DNA of 63,875 nt, counting the filler, from Octopus bimaculoides (lineage: Eukaryota), in assembly GCF_001194135.2 (NCBI RefSeq). It is 3 parts of 3 records of this genome, joined end to end, with 100 filler letters (N's around TTAATTAATTAA, not from the genome) between each part and the next. Parts side by side here need not be neighbours in the genome. Positions count along the whole stretch, not along the records: positions 1 to 30,010 come from NC_068988.1; 2 more parts are not named here. One strand, given 5' to 3'. Below are positions 12,611-24,392 of the stretch, in pieces (within the stretch, counting starts at the first letter, position 1; every line of letters begins with the position of its first letter). Both the position numbers and the translations under genes were made by a program. The notes beneath the pieces are model-generated. The model saw nothing but the letters and a program-made list of their open reading frames with translations. It had not been told where the DNA came from and did not search any database.

Positions 12611-13081
12611 CTAAACCAACAGACCTATACTTCAGTGGAACTCTAGACATTATTGATCTACATACAACATAAATTTTTATATCTAAATAATCTATTCTTT
12701 GGCCATGATATCTTAATATTTGACCTATTCCCTTACTATTTTATAGCGATTTTTTTTCCTTTTCCTCGCCACTTAAAGCCCATCGATTCACCCCGCCGCT
12801 TCTCCACTCCGACACTTACTCCGGTTTCCTATTCACGTAGCATGTACTTCGTGCATTTCTTAATGAAACTGTCTCTATATTGGTCGCCTCTCTTCAAACA
12901 GAGCTCCACCCATGGTGTGTGTTCTGAACGTTAACTGTTATCCATGTACACACTGCTGTAACAATTACAAAGACTAAATTAAATATTTATTTATCCTTTC
13001 GTCTTGTCAAAGCTTTATATATTCAATACTGCAACTATTCATACCGAGAGTCTAACGAGTCTCTTTCTCTCCCTCCCCACT

Positions 13082-13084
<3 letters not shown>

Positions 13085-13142
<58 letters not shown>
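13085..13142. repeat. (CT)n microsatellite
   Basis: Directly visible. Confidence 0.95.
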
Positions 13143-13215
13143 CATCCTACCCGTAAGCATTACATCTAATCTTGTTGAGAAATCAAATTACTGAGGCACT
13201 CATATTTAGCTACTT

Positions 13216-13310
13216 GACGCGTGGTCTAATGGTTAGGGTTTGGGACTCACAATCATAAAGTTGTGCGTTCGATTCGTGGAATAAGTAGCACGTTGTATTC
13301 TCAAGAAAGG
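13216..13310 (+). mobile_element. tRNA-derived SINE head, degenerate
   Basis: A-box-like TGGTCTAATGGTTAG and B-box-like GTTCGATTC. Confidence 0.6.
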
Positions 13311-13559
13311 AGAGTCAGCTTAGCTGAAAGTCACTACTAATGCTCGTGCAGCCTTTCTCTCAGCCACTCATTCACCTCTTCTTTCTTTTCAGCTGTCACA
13401 TCGTCATGTTCTGCTGGGTCACAAATCAAAGATTGCAAGGGCCGAGGCTAATAATATTCAATTATAAAAAATATAATAGGATTTTTTAATACATCGAATG
13501 ACTATGAGTCCACAGCGGCCTACAAGTGAAAAATGGTTTAGAAAAACTTCTTTTTCTTT

Positions 13560-13615
13560 GCGCCCCTTTTAAAGCTTAGCCAGGCTCATGGGCCCGGTTT
13601 CTATGGCGTACGTGT
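13560..13615 (-). mobile_element. SINE family E 3' fragment
   Basis: GGCTCATGGGCCCGGTTTCTATGGCG matches 41195-41218 and the reverse complement of 33868-33900. Confidence 0.55.
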
Positions 13616-14029
13616 TATACATAACATTTGTTATACTTCGATGTATATTATGGTTGCATAACGAAACACGGTGTCCTTATAGGTCATTAATAAGACGATA
13701 GAATGGATACGACTGTAGTTGATTTGACAGCTATTTCTAAAAAGTCGAATGGTCTTTTAAGTCATTGAGAGTTTTTCTCAATAGTTAGAAGTTCATGCAT
13801 ATTTTGTTGATGCTAAAAAAGGACTGCATATCTGCTTCTCCCATCATACTATGTCTTTTCACTTTACAGATAAACACGTTTTACCAAAGAATATCAGTTG
13901 GTCGCTCATGGCAAAAGTCACTTGATAATAACTGAAAGCATCCTACATGCGATAACAGCCGTTTGATATAATTGCGTAGGTCAACGTTCTCTTGACCCAA
14001 AACTTGAATATAGAGCACTTTTTGTTTGT

Positions 14030-15390
14030 TTTCCTTATGTTCTAGCAAGTGTATCGGACGGAATAACCATATCCGTAGAGTTCCTGAAACGGTCATGTGA
14101 GTGAATTAGCACTTCCTTGTCAAAGACGTTTGAAAATTATTAACAATTCCAGAATTATATACATGTCTATCAAACGGAATTACCATCCCCGTAGAATTCC
14201 TGAAACGGTCATGCAAGCAAGTTAACACCTCCTTGTCAAAGACTTTTGAAAATTATGAACAATTCTTCTGCCTGATAATCCTACTAATAAAGTTAATCAC
14301 TGTAGAATGTAAGAGGTAGCATTCTGCCAATGACATTGTTCATCTTGTAGTGGTATGAAAGTATCGGGAAACACATCAAATACTAATAGTTTATGTCATT
14401 CACTAAAAGGCTCTCGCTTTAGAGATGTTCATCGAAAACAATGTTATTACCCCAGACATCAGAAAAAAACTTTCGGCAGTGTCTGCGATATAACTTTTCC
14501 TGTCAAATCTTCTCACCGTATGGTTCAATCCATCTCTTATTTCTTGGACCGATAACTGCCCATTTGATTGCTCTGTTGATGGAACTCTTTCTACCCCACC
14601 TTCAATCAGTTCTAGTGTTCATCAGGGTTCGGGTTTCCCCACTTACGATTGCACACCGCATGTTACATCAACATTAATTTTAGAAACGTAGAGTTTGAGC
14701 GCCTCCTTCGAGTGGGGTCACACTAACCTTGTTTCTTTTAACAGCGAGAAAACTCAAGTACTACTCATATCAAAAAGACGCAATCATACCATATCTCACT
14801 CAACATAAGTGTCACTCAACTAGGGCCCTCACAGTTGCCCTAAATGCTAGGCCTCACTATCGCTGAGGATCCCTTCTGATGGAAACACATTCTTAGCAAA
14901 GATAGAGCTGCATCAGGCCTTTCTCTTCAGGGCTCGAAAATATTTCAGCCCGAACACCTGCTGACGCCCTACAATGTTGAAGAGAAGTCAGTAATGGAGT
15001 AAAGTGGACGGTACTGCTGCTAAGCACACAGTCATCCTGGATCGCATCTAGAGAGGAGCCACTCGACTAACTGCTATTCAATCACTAACGGGCACGTTCC
15101 TGCTTCTGTCCCACAGGCATGTTGTTTCTCTCTCACTCTTTGCCTTTTCTGTCGTTACTATAACGGTTTGTGTTCTTCGGTACCGTTTGGTCCGATATCG
15201 CCACAACTTACGCACCGCCATCCTACTAGATCATTCTTCATATGTCCACTGTTCAGCCCACGTTAACCACTATAATCAGTCCTTTTTTTTTTCTCTTGGA
15301 ACATCGATCTTCTGACATCTCCCAGCTTGTATTTCTGCTGTTGGTGCTGCCCTGCAACAATTTAAACCGAAAATTAATAACATCAAGCAG
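14030..15390 (+). mobile_element. Decayed CR1/L2/Crack-like LINE reverse transcriptase (about 1.35 kb)
   Basis: Ordered motif remnants across frameshifts: SDGITIPVEFLK, DIRKKTFGSV (D.SKAFD-like), SVDGTLS...SSSVHQGSGFP, EWG...NSEKTQ, RARKYFSPEHLLT, HYNQSFF. Confidence 0.8.
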
Positions 15391-15665
15391 GTGAACCTGC
15401 AAAATTCACGAGCAGTACTACTTCCAGACTCAGTAAAACATAACGCAACAATATCTTACCGAATACTCAGCGCTTTCTTCTTCTCCAAACATTAAATACC
15501 CTATTAACTTTCCTTACTCTACCCTACATTACTCGAACAGAATAAAAAAACAAACAAACAATATTTGAAAACTGCCATGCTTTGAATATTGCATTTAGTT
15601 ACATTTAAAACTGTTTAAACAACAAAGATAGTGATGGCAACAACAATAATAATACAAACAATTGC

Positions 15666-15877
15666 AATAATCCTTTCTACTATAGGCACAAGGCCTGAAA
15701 TTTAGAGGAGGAGGATAGTCGATTACATCGACCCCCCCCCCCTCAGTGCGTAACTGGTACTTAATTTATCGGCCCCGAAAGGATTAAAGGCAAAGTCGAC
15801 ATCAGTAGAATTTGAACTCAGAACGTAGCGGCAGACGAAATACTGCTAAACATTCCGTCCAGCGTGCTAACGATTCT
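15666..15877 (-). mobile_element. SINE family A, head interrupted
   Basis: Reverse complement of the A body and tail (CCTATAGTAGAAAGGATTATT); stops at GCTAACGATTCT. Confidence 0.9.
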
Positions 15878-16011
15878 TATTTCTTTATTGCCCACAAGGG
15901 ACTAAACATAGAGGGGACAAACAAGCACAGACAAAGGAATTAAGTCGATTACATCGACCCCAGTACACAACTGGTACTTAATTTATCGACCCCGAAAGGA
16001 TGAAAGGCAAA
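15878..16011 (-). mobile_element. SINE with B-type tail nested in the head of the family A copy; runs into an N gap
   Basis: TATTTCTTTATTGCCCACAAGGG is the reverse complement of the tail seen at 10930-10955. Confidence 0.85.
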
Positions 16012-16919
16012 NNNNNNNNNNNNNNNNNNNNNNNNNNNNNNNNNNNNNNNNNNNNNNNNNNNNNNNNNNNNNNNNNNNNNNNNNNNNNNNNNNNNNNNNN
16101 NNNNNNNNNNNNNNNNNNNNNNNNNNNNNNNNNNNNNNNNNNNNNNNNNNNNNNNNNNNNNNNNNNNNNNNNNNNNNNNNNNNAAAACAGGGAGGGAGAA
16201 AGCAACGGAGAAAGCGGGAAAGATGCAAAGCATGTGAGGAATGGGAAGAGAGAGAGAGAGATAAAGAAAGAGAAATAGAAAGCGACACCATAATTTCATA
16301 TGATCTACTACTACTAGTAGTAGTAGTTGGAGGAGGAGGAGGCAGAGGAGGAGGAGGCAGAGGAGGAGGAGGCAGAGGAGGGGTGATGATAAGGAGGAGG
16401 AGGAGCTGGTGGCATTGCTGATGGTGGTAAGTTATAATAACCAACTCCCCTATCCCTGCCTCTGATGCTATGTTTGTTTCTTACTTTTATAATCTTTTCA
16501 GCCATAAAATTCCTCATTTTGGCATTTATGAGCAACATGTCTGCCTGTCTGTCTGTCTGCCTATCTGTCACTCTTTCTCTTTCTTTCTTCTTCTTCTTCT
16601 CTTTCTCTCCTCCTCTTTCTCTTTCTCAGTTTCTCGACGTCTAGAAATGGCTTCGCACTTTTTCTGGAACCTTTCTGTCTGCCCCTGACACTGGCTCAGC
16701 CATGAGAGCTGAAGGGTGGGGGTGCTAAGTTGTGACATGCTCCTACAGATATAAACTCTTTCAGTGTTTGCCTGGTAGAGTGGGACAAGCACTCTACACT
16801 CATAGTTTATATTTGTTGGGGGCCGATTAAGATTTTCAAGTCTGAGTAAAAACGGAGCATATTCCCTGGGACAGATCCCTACAGTGAAACGAGTTGTATA
16901 TATATATATATATATATAT

Positions 16920-17280
16920 GGCACTCCGTCGCTTACGACGTCGAGGGTTCCAGTTGATCCGACCAACGGAACAGCCTGCTCGTGAAATTAACGTGCAAGT
17001 GGCTGAGCACTCCACAGACACATGTACCCTTAACGTAGTTCTCGGGGAGATTCAGCGTGACACAGTGTGACAAGGCTGTCCCTTTGAATTACAGGCACAA
17101 CAAAAACAGGAAGTAAGTGTGAGAGAAAGTTGTGGTGGAAGAGTACAGCAGGGTTCGCCACCATCCCGTGCCGGAGCCTCGTGGAGCTTTAGGTGTTTTC
17201 GCTCAATAAACACTCACAACGCTCGGTCTGAGAATCGAAACCGCGACCCTATAACCGCGAGCCCGCTGCCCTAACCACTG
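16920..17280 (-). mobile_element. tRNA-headed SINE family C
   Basis: Head CAGTGGTTAGGGCAGCGG...GTTTCGATTC; body near-identical to 27165-27501; the 3' body also matches 58350-58540. Confidence 0.92.
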
Positions 17281-18068
17281 TACATAGTTGTAATATCTAT
17301 GTAAAGTAAATCAGGTTCCGTCAGACATAACGCATGTGTCTTGGGCCCAGATTTGGTGTAACAGCCCAAATAGACATAGCACGAATCCGTAGCAGCCTTG
17401 TGAAGTGGAAAGCCTTCAGTGAAAAACCTACAAAAATAAAGTAATAAAAAATGAAAAATATCTTTCATATCGATTCGTTCCGCCAAAAATAAGAGAGAAA
17501 TCTAAAACCCCAGCTATCCAAATCACAAACATGCATAAAAAATATATAAGGTCTGAAGAAATCACATGTACTTTACTAACTACTATTGGCAAGTGTGAGT
17601 CCCGTGTGTCAGAGTAGCAGTTCCGGCACGTCTCTTTCGCCATTCTCCGGGACAACGCCGTTTCGATTTTGTCTGCTGGGACCATGAGGCGGACTAACAA
17701 ACCTTTTTAGATATTTCTTTGCTATGAGGAAGAGGAAAGATAGGATGATTCAGGTAGGGCTCTTCATCAAATTTAAATAGTTATTTCATTAAGCATTATG
17801 AGATTACGATTGACATCAGCAAAGATTTCAACTCCAACACTGGTTAATATTTAATTTTTCACATCATCAAGCCTATGCAGTAGTCGAGTGGGATTGTACG
17901 TAGATGTTCTGTATTCCAGAAATAGCAGTCGAATATCTATCAGATTACATCCAGCAGACTTCAAAAGTAACACCTCGGGTAACGTAGCCTTGTCTTTCTT
18001 GCACACAGGGAAAAGACCGAATAACTACAGCTGGAATGCCTTTCATCATAGGTCTTTTCGATCGGGAC

Positions 18069-18134
18069 AAGAAGAAGAAGAAGAAGAAGAAGAAGAAGAA
18101 GAAGAAGAAGAAGAAGAAGAAGAAGAAGAAGAAG

Positions 18135-18170
<36 letters not shown>
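18069..18170. repeat. (GAA)n(CAA)n compound microsatellite
   Basis: Directly visible; source of the poly-E/Q ORF. Confidence 0.97.
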
Positions 18171-18171
<1 letters not shown>

Positions 18172-18431
18172 TGATCTTGAGATCGTGAGTACAACATCCT
18201 AACCATTAGGTCACTCGCCTTCACTAAGATATGCATAAAGGCAGAAAATTTGCATAATCATTAAAACATCGGACAAAATGTTTTTCAGTATTTGTTCTGG
18301 TTCTTGATTATGTAAATTCAAATCCCATCGAGGTTAGATTTGACCAAAATCGATAAAATAAAGTACCGAAACGGGCGGTGAATTGGGGGAATTATTATAA
18401 CGTTTGGCAAAATCAATAATTGTTCTCGTGT

Positions 18432-18540
18432 TAAGGCGGTGAGCTGGCAGAATCGTTAGTCCACAGGGCAAAATGGGTAGCGGTATTTCGTCCGTCTTTA
18501 CGTTCTGAGTTCAAAATCCGCCGAAAATGACTTTGTCTTC
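18432..18540 (+). mobile_element. SINE family A 5' half
   Basis: TAAGGCGGTGAGCTGGCAGAATCGTTAG...GTTCAAAATCCGCCG, truncated. Confidence 0.85.
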
Positions 18541-19021
18541 TTGGTCAGCTGAAAGCAGTTTTGGAACAATTTTGGCAGACACATATCTCATTCACAAATC
18601 TTCAGTGAAAATGGACTGAACTGAACCATAATGAATCTGCACATCCTCTGATAACTCATGGATGGTAATTCAACGATTTCCCTTCAAAGCTGCACGTACA
18701 TCTGCGATGTTTTTCTCAGTTCTGTTGGTTGCAGGTTACTCGGAACGTTCCTCAAAATCGACATTTTTCTGAACCACTCGTACACTTGTCTGCGGTTCAT
18801 ACACTCCTCACCATACGCTTTCTGAAACTTTGCGTAGGTCTCTGAGCAGGTATCATCATAACAACTACTGCAGTAAAGAGCGGAAGTGAGCTAGAACGTT
18901 AAAACTTTGTGCGCATGCGCAGCAGAGTTTCAAGGTCAATCTGTGACAACCGGCTTTACTCTGCATGCTTTAGCTTCGTTACTATGGCAACAGCACGGAT
19001 ACTTATTGATCAGACCTCGTA
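18541..19021 (-). mobile_element. mariner family 2, 5' TIR plus N-terminal transposase remnant
   Basis: TIR TACGAGGTCTGATCAATAAGTATCC at 18997-19021. Minus translation: DTCSETYAKFQKAYGEECMNRRQVYEWF...TIHELSEDV...VSAKIVPKLLSADQ (WVP-like). Confidence 0.9.
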
Positions 19022-19149
19022 TGTACACGCATGCGTTTCACACTGTGACATACATTTTAGAGCTTAATGAGGGCGAAGAAGCACACATACATACACACGG
19101 TATCGCACACACACACGCACACACACACACACAAACAAATACACGTAGC

Positions 19150-19295
19150 TGTGTGATAAGAAGCTTGCTTTCCAGCCACATGGTTCCGAGTTCAGTCTCA
19201 ATGCGTGGCACGTCTTGCGTCCTTTACTATAGCCTCGAGCCGACCAAAGTCTTAGAAGATTTGGTAGATGGAAACTGAAACAAGCCCGTCATTTA
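19150..19295 (+). mobile_element. SINE family D 5' half
   Basis: CACATGGTTCCGAGTTCAGTC...GGAAACTGAAAC, matching the reverse complement of 57945-58090. Confidence 0.8.
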
Positions 19296-19296
19296 T

Positions 19297-19329
<33 letters not shown>

Positions 19330-19808
19330 NNNNNNNNNNNNNNNNNNNNNNNNNNNNNNNNNNNNNNNNNNNNNNNNNNNNNNNNNNNNNNNNNNNNNNN
19401 NNNNNNNNNNNNNNNNNNNNNNNNNNNNNNNNNNNNNNNNNNNNNNNNNNNNNNNNNTAGGGGTTGGGGTTCAACCCACTAAGGGATAGTATCTATCCAG
19501 TATACTGTTGGGAGGGTACCCAATTATTGCTACACTAGTGCTATACTAGGTGCAATCAATGGGAGCGGGTAAAAGTGGTGGTTTTAAACTTCTGTTCATC
19601 CTCTAATTCCTTATGTAATTTGTACTTCTATATGTAAACCAGGTTGGCAAAATAACATAGTCTGCCATAGACACCTGAGCTTTGTTTCTCTCTTTCTTTT
19701 TCCTTCTTTTTTTTGTCATTTTTGCTATGAATTAAGTTAATGAATTCAACGGGATACGCCGTCTACAAGTAGTTGGGTTCAGCATATTATCCTCCATTTT
19801 CTAATTGT

Positions 19809-19872
<64 letters not shown>

Positions 19873-19929
19873 AGTGTGCGCGTGCGAGCGTGTGTCCGGT
19901 GTGTGCATGCATGTCTGTGCCTTTGTGCC

Positions 19930-20125
19930 TGTGTTTGTTTGTTTAGTCAAGGCGGTACACAACATTGCTGCAGTCCAATCACTGAAACAAATGAAAGTAA
20001 AAAAGAAAAATAACATACACGGATAAGTGTCTTCTACGATAACCTCAGGTCGAACAAAACGACCAAACTTTTCTGAGTGGATTTGGCAGACGGAAACTGA
20101 AAGAAGCCCGTCATATGTGTCGCTA
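19930..20125 (+). mobile_element. Two SINE family D fragments (tail, then partial head)
   Basis: GCAGTCCAATCACTGAAACAAATGAAAG and GGATTTGGCAGACGGAAACTGAAAGAAGCCCGTC. Confidence 0.7.
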
Positions 20126-21243
20126 AGTGGTGCTATTAAGTTAGACATGACCTGGGCCAATACTGATCGAAACCTACCAAAGTATCAAAGTAAGTACGTA
20201 TGTATGTATGTATGTATGTATGTATGTATGTATGTATGTATGTATGTGTGTATGTGTGTGTGTGTATGTGTGTGTGTGTGCGTGTGTGTGTATGGAGCGC
20301 TGAAATTTACAAGTTTTTTTCATTCTCTCTCTGTTTATTGTCTCGTATTCCTTTCTGTTAAAGAGCGTAGGCTCGAAATGTAAAACTAATACACGCTTGT
20401 TGTTCATACACCTGTCTTTACCTTTCGTTTTTCTATAAATTGTGACTATATATATATATAATGTATATATATTCTTTGTATTATTACATTATTGAACGCA
20501 CACGTCCTATTTTACAAGTAAGTCTACTATTAANNNNNNNNNNNNNNNNNNNNNNNNNNNNNNNNNNNNNNNNNNNNNNNNNNNNNNNNNNNNNNNNNNN
20601 NNNNNNNNNNNNNNNNNNNNNNNNNNNNNNNNNNNNNNNNNNNNNNNNNNNNNNNNNNNNNNNNNNNNNNNNNNNNNNNNNNNNNNNNNNNNNNNNNNNN
20701 NNNNNNNNNNNNNNNNNNNNNNNNNNNNNNNNNNNNNNNNNNNNNNNNNNNNNNNNNNNNNNNNNNNNNNNNNNNNNNNNNNNNNNNNNNNNNNNNNNNN
20801 NNNNNNNNNNNNNNNNNNNNNNNNNNNNNNNNNNNNNNNNNNNNNNNNNNNNNNNNNNNNNNNNNNNNNNNNNNNNNNNNNNNNNNNNNNNNNNNNNNNN
20901 NNNNNNNNNNNNNNNNNNNNNNNNNNNNNNNNNNNNNNNNNNNNNNNNNNNNNNNNNNNNNNNNNNNNNNNNNNNNNNNNNNNNNNNNNNNNNNNNNNNN
21001 NNNNNNNNNNNNNNNNNNNNNNNNNNNNNNNNNNNNNNNNNNNNNNNNNNNNNNNNNNNNNNNNNNNNNNNNNNNNNNNNNNNNNNNNNNNNNNNNNNNN
21101 NNNNNNNNNNNNNNNNNNNNNNNNNNNNNNNNNNNNNNNNNNNNNNNNNNNNNNNNNNNNNNNNNNNNNNNNNNNNNNNNNNNNNNNNNNNNNNNNNNNN
21201 NNNNNNNNNNNNNNNNNNNNNNNNNNNNNNNNNNNNNNNNNNN

Positions 21244-21450
21244 CTTGGTTTGTGTTTGCCACCTTGGAATCCTCTGTGTAGTTGGTTGATCCACTACTCA
21301 GGAAGAGACTATTCTAGAGTACGTCCTGTCTGGTCTTCGAAACGTCTGGATAGAATAGAGACAGCTGATGAAGGGATATTCCAAGGGGCTTTCCGTTTTC
21401 CTATGTGTTCGTTCCGTTGTCTGTAGTTTATTGTTCTAACGTCCTGTACC
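21244..21450. mobile_element. Possible Penelope-like terminal-repeat remnant
   Basis: Contains TTCGAAACGTC and CTGATGAAG, motifs typical of PLE terminal repeats; no coding support. Confidence 0.3.
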
Positions 21451-21636
21451 CTGATATGCATGTATATACACATGTAGATGTAAGTATGTACATATATGTG
21501 TGTATACATGTATATATATTCTTTGTATTATTACATTATTGAACGCACACGTCCTATTTTACAAGTAAGTCTACTATTAATCTGACGTGACTATCATTCT
21601 ATCTATCTGTCTATCTATCTATCTATCTATCTTTCT

Positions 21637-21874
21637 ATCTATTTATCTATCTGTCTTCCTCCATCTTTCTATCTATACCTCTGTCCTGGCCTCTACTTCA
21701 CTGCTATACCCTTCTGTCCCTTCCTCCTTGTTCCACTTCCTCCCTCCACCATCCTCTCTATCTATTTATCTATCTGTCTTCCTCTATCTTCCTATCTACC
21801 CTTCTGTCCTGGCCTCTACTTCACTGCTTCTGTCCCTTCCTCCTTGTTCCATTTCCTCCCTCCACCATCCTCTC
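21637..21874. repeat. Diverged pyrimidine-rich tandem duplication (about 120 bp x2)
   Basis: 21637-21759 vs 21760-21874 share CTGTCCTGGCCTCTACTTCACTGC...CCTCCCTCCACCATCCTCTCT. Confidence 0.9.
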
Positions 21875-22269
21875 TGCTCTCGTGTGACCTGTGGTCAGCT
21901 TTCTTTNNNNNNNNNNNNNNNNNNNNNNNNNNNNNNNNNNNNNNNNNNNNNNNNNNNNNNNNNNNNNNNNNNNNNNNNNNNNNNNNNNNNNNNNNNNNNN
22001 NNNNNNNNNNNNNNNNNNNNNNNNNNNNNNNNNNNNNNNNNNNNNNNNNNNNNNNNNNNNNNNNNNNNNNNNNNNNNNNNNNNNNNNNNNNNNNNNNNNN
22101 NNNNNNNNNNNNNNNNNNNNNNNNNNNNNNNNNNNNNNNNNNNNNNNNNNNNNNNNNNNNNNNNNNNNNNNNNNNNNNNNNNNNNNNNNNNTATATATAT
22201 ATATATATATTCACACACACATACGCACACATATACATATACTTGTATGTGTGTGTGTGTGTGAGCGTG

Positions 22270-22475
22270 TACGTGTGTGTTTGTGCCATACAACCACGCT
22301 TGATAACCGGTGTTGGTATGGTTACGTGCCCGTAACCTAGTAATTTTTAGCAAAATAGAGCAATTAAATAAGTACCAAGCTGAAAATGAAATTAGTACTG
22401 GGGTCGATTCATTCGACTAAAATTCTTTAAAGCGATGTCCCAGTATGGCCGTTGTCCAATGTCGGAAACAACTAG
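22270..22475 (+). mobile_element. SINE family D 3' half
   Basis: GCTTGATAACCGGTGTTGG...GGGGTCGATTCATTCGACTAAA. Confidence 0.75.
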
Positions 22476-22480
22476 GTTTG

Positions 22481-23110
22481 ACTGTGTGATAAGAAGCTTT
22501 CTTCCCAACCACATGGCTCCGGGTTGAGCTCCACTGTGTAATACCTTGGGCACCTGTCTTCTATTATAGCTTCGGGCCGACCAAAAGCTTGTGAGTGGAC
22601 CTGGTAGACGGAAACTGAAAAGAAGCCTTTGCTGTTGGTGATTTCTTTTCCTTCTTTGGACATTTCCTTTCCAACGATTTCTTTTTCTTCTTCGGACTTT
22701 TCCCCTTTCTGACGATTTCTTTTTCTTCTCCGGACTTTTCCCTTTCCGACGATTTCTTTTCCTTCTCTGGACTTTTCCCTTTTCGACACTTTCTTTTCTT
22801 TCTGTGGACATTCCCTTTCCGATGATTTCTTTTCCTTCTTTGGACTATTCGCTTTCCGACGATTTTTTCTCCTTCTTTGGACTCTTCCCTTTCCGACGAT
22901 TTCTTTATCTTCTTTGGACTTTTACCTTTCCGACGATTTCTTTTCCTTCTTTGGACTTTTCTCCTTCCTTAGCGGTTCAGTAAAAAAATCCCCGATAGAA
23001 TAAGTACTAGGCTTTAAAATAGAACATAGGTCGATTCATTCGACTAAAAATTCTGCGAGGTGGTGCTCAATCATGGCCGCAGTCGAGTGACTGAAGTAAG
23101 AGATAAAAGA
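22481..23110 (+). mobile_element. SINE family D copy whose centre is replaced by a minisatellite
   Basis: Head 22481-22630, tail 22967-23110 (CTTAGCGGTTC...ATGGCCGCAGTC). Confidence 0.8.
22640..22966. repeat. 37-bp polypyrimidine minisatellite, about 9 copies
   Basis: Consensus TTCTTTTCCTTCTTTGGACTTTTCCCTTTCCGACGAT repeated head to tail with no spacers. Confidence 0.95.
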
Positions 23111-23339
23111 AACATATAAAGACCTATTCATACACATTCTCTTTCTCTCTCCCTGCGTCCGCCCATTCTCTGTCTTTACCACCCTCTCGTAGCACTGTTT
23201 CGAGTGAACTGGTCTTGGTCAACGACCGAATGCACAACTGAAAAGAAGATACGAACCCTCAATATCTCGCCTGTTTGATATGCTATCCCCTGTCGCTTCC
23301 TTTTGTAATTTCTCATGCTACATAAGATCCTCTATACAA

Positions 23340-23371
23340 TATATAATCTAATCTTTTTACGCACGCACACG

Positions 23372-23409
<38 letters not shown>

Positions 23410-23742
23410 AACACATCACATGTAAACGGACCAATTTTATATATACCAAAATTATGATGGTGATAATAGACAACTTTAACCGTTTGGAGCTGAAACCAGC
23501 AAATCTGTGCGTATGAATATGTATGGTAAACACCTAGTACATGTAAATATAAATCTATATGTGTGTAGGTGTGTGTGTACCTATATAAATATATGTGTGT
23601 ATATATATGTATATATACATATACACATATGCACATATATCTATACATTCATACATACACACGCATAGATATGTATATATGTGTGTATATACGCTTATAC
23701 GAGTATGCATACACACACATACATATGTATAGATATATACAT

Positions 23743-23775
<33 letters not shown>

Positions 23776-23863
23776 CATATCTACTGACACATTTATATGT
23801 ATACACACGCACATATATATAGAGAGACATTAGAGTATAAGTATGTGTGTGTTTGTATGTATG

Positions 23864-23917
<54 letters not shown>

Positions 23918-23929
23918 GAGTTGTGTGTA

Positions 23930-23969
<40 letters not shown>

Positions 23970-24343
23970 CTGTATACATATACATATGCGTGCGTTGTGC
24001 GGGTATATTTGCGTGTATATGTGTATTCGTATTCGCATATCTTGATGTATAATAATAATATATATTTATATATGGAGAATTAGATGTGTGTATATGTATA
24101 TTTGTGTGGTTTTGCGTGTGTGTGTGTGTGTGTCTGTCTGTATGCGTGCTTATGTGTGTGCGTGTCACTGTGTGTGTGTGAAATCTCAACAGGAACTTCA
24201 ATGTCCAAAACTAAAATCATTAAACTATATTAAATGGGTTGTATTATAGCTGGATTCTTTGATGTTAGATTGAATATCCAGCATTGCGAGGGTATCCTTC
24301 AGGGGGTGAAAGTAGGGCATGCCTATCTATATGCATATATGTA

Positions 24344-24392
<49 letters not shown>

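Noticed and set aside
13375-13460. Strong polypyrimidine-CAG acceptor suggesting an exon
   Set aside because: There is no convincing donor or recognisable peptide; such tracts are common here.
19458-19490. Telomere-like TAGGGTTGGGG (and CCCTACCCTAATCCC at about 49503)
   Set aside because: Only one or two imperfect units at gap edges; not a TTAGGG array.
22640-22966. 37-bp repeats as a CRISPR array
   Set aside because: Units are contiguous with no unique spacers, are non-palindromic, sit in a eukaryotic SINE and have no cas genes nearby.
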